Sequence record: ON645936.1
Source: Escherichia phage N2
Reading direction: 5' to 3' (one strand)
DNA length: 64,000 bases
Shown: positions 59,302 through 64,000 of the stretch, in pieces
How the letters are laid out: each line of letters opens with the position of its first letter
How positions within the stretch are numbered: position 1 is the stretch's first letter
Notes under the pieces: model-generated
The model's input: only the letters and a program-made list of their open reading frames with translations
The model's database searches: none
Told to the model about the DNA's origin: nothing
Program-made: the position numbers and the translations under genes

Positions 59302-61398
59302 TTATCCTTGAACGAACTTGTAAGGCATGTTTGTAATATCTATGCAAGACGCAATAATTCCGAGAGATGATTCTGCTTTCTGTTTAACATTTGATGAAAC
59401 AAATGATGCAAAGTCAACTCTGTCTTCTATTTCAATATCACCTGTCATTGCAACTACTTCGCCGGTTTCCATTAGACGGTCACCGTCATAAATTACTGAT
59501 TCGGTGAGTTCTTCCGTAGTCATAACTTCGGCTTGAATGAGTTTTGTATTATTAAATGTTATTCCGTCATTATTAGAAGCATCAGTTATTTTGTTAACTT
59601 TGACCATCAATCCGCGCGGTAGAATAACTTCAGCTTCTGATGCTATTCCGAGACTTCCTGGATATACAACATTAACTTTATGAGCTCCATCAATTGCCCA
59701 TCCTATTTGAACTTTAACATATTCAGGATTTTCTTTATACGCTCTTATTTCGCTTGGATTAATAGTTATTCCTTCTTCATTTTTATCAACCGTTAATTCA
59801 TTGCGAGCTTCTGGTTCTAAAAGACCGATACCAGCATGTGTAATTCCAAAACGTCCAAAAATGATAGGAGTTAAAGAAGTAGATACAAAATTTCTGAAAT
59901 AGAACACTTTATTTTTAACTAGTGCTTCGTATATAGGAGCAGTCATACTTTGAGCACGATAAACTGTAATGCCTTCTGGTATACGGTCACCATTTTCAAA
60001 GGCTGAATCTAAATTATTTATCGCAGATTCAATTTCTTTTTCACTCATTACCTCATATCGTTCTGGATTGTAGCGGCCTAAAAGAAGATTATTGATGTCA
60101 GTATATCCTGCTCCACAATACTCTCTAATGCCGCGCTTTTGTGATGGAGTATATTTAGAACCATCACGGGCAATAGTAATATCAATCATTGGACCTGCAC
60201 CAACTCCAGAAAAACTATAAATCATTCGTTTGAGGAATACAGTTTTTGCTGCGTTCCAGGAATTTTTAGTTATTTCTTCCCAGACTTCATCTGACTGTCC
60301 TTTGCGGGTTTTATTATGTGTATCAAGCCAATTATCTTTATATTCTTCAAAGAATTGATTAACAGCTGCTGCGTATTTCTCTAAACATTTTATTGAAGTA
60401 GTTGGTTCATTTTTGATCGCATTAAGAATTACATCTTTAATTTTTTCAGAAACCTCATCAACCTCACTTTTTGAAACGAATTTATAGTAATGGCGAAGTT
60501 CATTTGTAGTTCCTTCGGCAATAATTTTTGCTGCCTTAGTTTTAGAAGCTAATGAATTAATTCCAAGCTTCATTTCTTCTGCTTCGGGAATTAAAGGAGC
60601 GGTAGCAGGTTTATTAAAATTGGCTGCGGTAGATTCATACTTCTGGAATAATTCGCTTTCAAATCTAGAAGATTCTAATGATTGACTTTGTGCAATTGCT
60701 CTACGGGAAATTTTAACTTTAACGATTACAGCTTGGTCAGAACGTTTATCATTTTCTTGCGCAATAGATGCTGCAATTGCCTCATTTTTAGTTACTTGAG
60801 CTCCAGTATCTTTGTTGATATAAACATCGCCGACCTTCGATTCAACTTTAGTAAAGAGCTCGGTACTAATTTCCGGAACTCCTGGAATGTCTTCTAATGA
60901 TACATTTTTGCGATGTATAAGAATATATGCATACTTTTTATCGTAATCCCAGATTTCCTTAAGAAGGACGTATCTGCCACCTGAACGACTACGGATAAGT
61001 CTATCAGCAATAACTTGAATTTGTCGAGCTTGACCAGCAGTTTTAGACTTAAGAATACGAAGCATACAAGCATCAATTTTATACTGGCGCATCGTCTGCA
61101 TTGCAACAGTAAAAACTGAATTGATATAATTAATTGGGCTTGGACCGAGACCTTTTAATTTAGCAATTGAACCTTTAGCAGTTAATGTAAAAGGAACAAT
61201 ATGCATCATTTTATCGCCCATCTTTAAATCACGGTTAGTATCACCTCCAGATGTATAGGTACATAAACGAAAGCCCGGTTGTTCAATTGCATCATCAACA
61301 TGAACTGAAAAAATTTGTGGTATTTTCTTCTTTGGATTTAAGTTTGTAATCGGAAGAGTAGTATCTTCGTCAAATAATTCTGTAATAAGTTCCATCAT
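59302..61398 (-). CDS. alt: ADP-ribosyltransferase Alt (packaged, modifies host RNA polymerase)
   Basis: 698 aa; MMELITELFDED N-terminus; ART R-S-E signature region (YFRNF...STSL...EAEVILP). Confidence 0.85.
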   Translation of the reverse strand: MMELITELFDEDTTLPITNLNPKKKIPQIFSVHVDDAIEQPGFRLCTYTSGGDTNRDLKMGDKMMHIVPFTLTAKGSIAKLKGLGPSPINYINSVFTVAMQTMRQYKIDACMLRILKSKTAGQARQIQVIADRLIRSRSGGRYVLLKEIWDYDKKYAYILIHRKNVSLEDIPGVPEISTELFTKVESKVGDVYINKDTGAQVTKNEAIAASIAQENDKRSDQAVIVKVKISRRAIAQSQSLESSRFESELFQKYESTAANFNKPATAPLIPEAEEMKLGINSLASKTKAAKIIAEGTTNELRHYYKFVSKSEVDEVSEKIKDVILNAIKNEPTTSIKCLEKYAAAVNQFFEEYKDNWLDTHNKTRKGQSDEVWEEITKNSWNAAKTVFLKRMIYSFSGVGAGPMIDITIARDGSKYTPSQKRGIREYCGAGYTDINNLLLGRYNPERYEVMSEKEIESAINNLDSAFENGDRIPEGITVYRAQSMTAPIYEALVKNKVFYFRNFVSTSLTPIIFGRFGITHAGIGLLEPEARNELTVDKNEEGITINPSEIRAYKENPEYVKVQIGWAIDGAHKVNVVYPGSLGIASEAEVILPRGLMVKVNKITDASNNDGITFNNTKLIQAEVMTTEELTESVIYDGDRLMETGEVVAMTGDIEIEDRVDFASFVSSNVKQKAESSLGIIASCIDITNMPYKFVQG

Positions 61399-61418
61399 AT
61401 CCTCTCTAGTGTTTATTC

Positions 61419-61426
61419 TATTTATA
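61419..61426 (-). promoter_or_regulatory. Late promoter TATAAATA (minus strand) upstream of alt
   Basis: Plus tatttata at 61419..61426, 21 nt upstream of alt ATG; followed upstream by stem-loop 61432..61449. Confidence 0.5.
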
Positions 61427-61447
61427 AAATTAAAGGCCTGAAGGCCT

Positions 61448-61636
61448 TTAATAATCTAGTGGTAAGAGAGTACGATATATTTCAAACTTTGGCCCTTTTT
61501 CATAGGCATCAAATGTTTCTGTGAATTTATTATAAGCATATGCATCTACAAATTCGAGAACGATTTGTGATACAGAAGTAGAAACATCTCCACCTTCTTT
61601 TTGAGCCACGACAATTGTTTCTAAGTAAGCTTTCAT
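61448..61636 (-). CDS. Hypothetical small protein, translationally coupled to DNA ligase
   Basis: 62 aa ORF; ATGA start/stop overlap with gene 30 stop. Confidence 0.5.
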   Translation of the reverse strand: MKAYLETIVVAQKEGGDVSTSVSQIVLEFVDAYAYNKFTETFDAYEKGPKFEIYRTLLPLDY

Positions 61637-63093
61637 AGACCAGTTACCTCATGAAAATCACCAAATACATCCTCGAATGTATTAGCTTTAGTTTTATCTT
61701 CACGTAAACGAATCGCAATCGGAAGAAATAATTTAACGTAATCAGTGCGGCCATCAGATTTTAACCAACCGTTGCATTCGCACTCTAGAATTTTTCCAAT
61801 ATAATAATTTTGGTTTTCCATAATGCGAGTACGGTCAAGTTCATGTGATTTTACACCAGCTTTATCTTTTAAGCCTGAACCTGCATTGACTTTAATTTTT
61901 CCACACTCTGATTCAAGAATAAATCCACCAGCTTTAGTAGGGTCTTTACGGTGAGGATAAATTCCTACAATTTTTAAATCAACATCAATTACTTCTTTAA
62001 ATTTATAGAGATTTTTTGAACGAGCATTTTCCCACAATCCATCTGTATTTTTGAGAATAATACCTTCAAGACCTTGGTCAATATACTTTTTATAAATTAC
62101 CTTAGCTTCATCTAGGTTATTTACTACTTGGTTTTCAATTAAAATTACTTTATCATATCCTGATGTCATTTGTTCTAGTTTAGAAAAACGTACATCATAT
62201 TTTAAACGAAACGTCGGAAGACCGTATATTTCTACTAACGGAACATAATCCCAGACCTGAAACTTCATGCATTTGGCTTCTTTTTCGGAAATGGTTCCTT
62301 TTAAGGATTTATTGGCGATTCCATTAGAAGCAGTACGAGATTCCGCTACTTCGGCGAATTCTTTAGCTTTGCTAATTTCAGGAGTGTCAAAAAGAAAATC
62401 TAGGCCTTCTGGTTCCTTTTCAACTTGCTCATGGTATACCAATTCGCCATCGATTAACACGCCTTCTGGATGAATCTGGCGGGCTTCAGCAGTCATTTTG
62501 ATTAACTCTTCCTTAAGAAGATCTAATCCTAGGTATTCATTGCCAGCTCGCGATAAAAGACGAACATCATCTAATTCATCACCTCGGACTTCAGCAAAAC
62601 ACCGAGCTCCATCTGCTTTTAACTGCGCAAAAGCTGGAAATTTGATATTCTTACTAATGCCTTTTTCATCATAAGAACTTGCAAGCATTTGAGGTTGTTC
62701 AGGAATTAAACCTGGCCAAACTTTGTTTGCAATAGATACTGAAGCACCGCATTCAAGGTCTCGCATCATAACTCGACGTAGTACTTCAACATCATCCTTT
62801 TTACCATCGGTGATATACCCAGTTAATTCCTCAATTGCTGCATTTCCAGTCAATTTCCGAGTAGCTAACGTAAATTCAATAAAGTCAAGCATATCGGTAA
62901 TGGTCAGCATTCCAAAACTCTGGGTAGCAATACCAGGCTTAGGCCATTTCTTGATATAATACTGTAACCCACGAGAATAAGTCAGACGATATACTCGTTT
63001 AAGCAATTCATTATCTTTATTCTTTTCAAGAATTGCTTGCTTCTGCTTAGTTGATCCAATAGATGCTATTTCATTCAGAATTTTAAGAATCAT
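61633..63093 (-). CDS. 30: ATP-dependent DNA ligase gp30
   Basis: 486 aa; adenylation motif KADGAR; T4 DNA ligase-like N-terminus MILKILNEIASIGSTKQKQAILEKN. Confidence 0.95.
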   Translation of the reverse strand: MILKILNEIASIGSTKQKQAILEKNKDNELLKRVYRLTYSRGLQYYIKKWPKPGIATQSFGMLTITDMLDFIEFTLATRKLTGNAAIEELTGYITDGKKDDVEVLRRVMMRDLECGASVSIANKVWPGLIPEQPQMLASSYDEKGISKNIKFPAFAQLKADGARCFAEVRGDELDDVRLLSRAGNEYLGLDLLKEELIKMTAEARQIHPEGVLIDGELVYHEQVEKEPEGLDFLFDTPEISKAKEFAEVAESRTASNGIANKSLKGTISEKEAKCMKFQVWDYVPLVEIYGLPTFRLKYDVRFSKLEQMTSGYDKVILIENQVVNNLDEAKVIYKKYIDQGLEGIILKNTDGLWENARSKNLYKFKEVIDVDLKIVGIYPHRKDPTKAGGFILESECGKIKVNAGSGLKDKAGVKSHELDRTRIMENQNYYIGKILECECNGWLKSDGRTDYVKLFLPIAIRLREDKTKANTFEDVFGDFHEVTGL

Positions 63094-63226
63094 TGCTCAT
63101 CCTTCAAAGTTTGGTTTACAGCTCTATTATAAATCAATTCATCATTAAGCTCAGGCAAAGACTTATGATATGTAGTTCTAACTTTATTTCCTTGCATCCA
63201 GTGCTTGACGTAAATGAAACCTTGCT

Positions 63227-63358
63227 CTACACATTTTTAAAAATTCGTTCGTCTTTTTGAGCTCGGAATTCTGGATTGCATCTAAAAAATTGATTTACGT
63301 GACCGTAATCACGTGTAGTATTACCTTCATTTTCATAAATAGTGTGAACGACAAACAT
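63227..63358 (-). CDS. Very small hypothetical ORF (30.1-like)
   Basis: 43 aa; TAATG stop/start overlap with upstream ORF; below ORF-track threshold. Confidence 0.3.
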   Translation of the reverse strand: MFVVHTIYENEGNTTRDYGHVNQFFRCNPEFRAQKDERIFKNV

Positions 63359-63888
63359 TAGAATGCTCCTTGGAAAATATTATCACCACTAGTAAATCTA
63401 TTAAAATACCCTGCATCACCAGGCTTAGTATAACTCCACGTATGGAATGGATTCATATGATACGGGTGTGTATAATATGGATTATATGGATGTGTATAAT
63501 ATGGATTATACGGATTAAATCCAGGAGTTCTCCAGGTAGTGTTCCAGCGAAAAGAATCGTTTTTAATCATCTTTTCAATTACATCTTTTATAGCTTTTTC
63601 ACTATCAAAACTTTCTTTATTTTCCTTTGGTGAAAAAAGCTTATTCTCTACATCGTTCCATGTATAAACTCGCTGAGCAGTTTTTGGAATACTGTCACGT
63701 TCCCCTCGAGCCATCCAATAAACTGGAACATTTAATATTTCACTCGCATGATCGCAGTGGTGAGCGAGATCGTCAATATAACAAATTACGTTATATTTCT
63801 CTTTTGCCTTTTTGAACAACTCTTCTTTTGAAGAATCATGGCCACACATCAGTACTTCTGAGAAGGCACCAGGAAAAAGAGCATTCAA
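63358..63888 (-). CDS. Hypothetical protein with C-terminal Tyr/Pro-rich tandem repeat (30.2-like)
   Basis: 176 aa ORF; C-terminus NPYNPYYTHPYNPYYTHPYHMNPFH; may extend upstream if the true start is beyond 63888. Confidence 0.6.
   Translation of the reverse strand: MNALFPGAFSEVLMCGHDSSKEELFKKAKEKYNVICYIDDLAHHCDHASEILNVPVYWMARGERDSIPKTAQRVYTWNDVENKLFSPKENKESFDSEKAIKDVIEKMIKNDSFRWNTTWRTPGFNPYNPYYTHPYNPYYTHPYHMNPFHTWSYTKPGDAGYFNRFTSGDNIFQGAF
63463..63515 (-). repeat. 24-bp tandem direct repeat (2 copies) inside the 30.2-like CDS
   Basis: gtgtataatatggattata at 63468..63486 and again at 63492..63510 (period 24 nt), encoding YNPYYTHP twice. Confidence 0.8.
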
Positions 63889-64000
63889 ATTAAATTGACG
63901 ATTCAGCAGAGCGTCAATAGAATCACCCAGTGCTGTAACAGCTACAAAATTATAATCTTCTTTTAATTTGTTAATTACACACAGAGCATCTTTATATGGA

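Overview
This window is a near-complete, co-linear stretch of a T4-like (Tevenvirinae) coliphage genome; protein matches and T4 lengths are recalled from memory, not searched. Minus-strand early genes at the left: ipIII (partial), denV, e (lysozyme), nudE, eight small e.x-like ORFs, a tRNA cluster (Gln-Leu-Gly-Pro-Ser-Thr-Ile, segB, Arg, plus a putative stable-RNA segment), an unknown early ORF block, two internal-protein genes with capsid-targeting signals, then 57B/57A/1/3/2/4. The plus-strand late block follows: 53, 5, 5.1, 5.4, 6-12, wac, 13-20, 67, 68, 21-24. The right end carries rnlB, hoc, inh, uvsW, uvsY, 25, 26, 51, 27-29, 48, 54, alt with two alt-paralog fragments, and DNA ligase (30). 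Three homing-endonuclease insertions sit inside the late operons (GIY-YIG after gene 5, HNH after gene 13, HNH after gene 18). The best candidate for something undescribed is the hyperplastic ipI-locus region (7039-9222): two divergent CTS-bearing internal proteins, each behind a repeated early-promoter cassette, next to four unknown early ORFs. No CRISPR array, rRNA or integrase was seen. The provided ORF track used TTG/GTG as starts, so several starts were re-set to the RBS-supported ATG or GTG.
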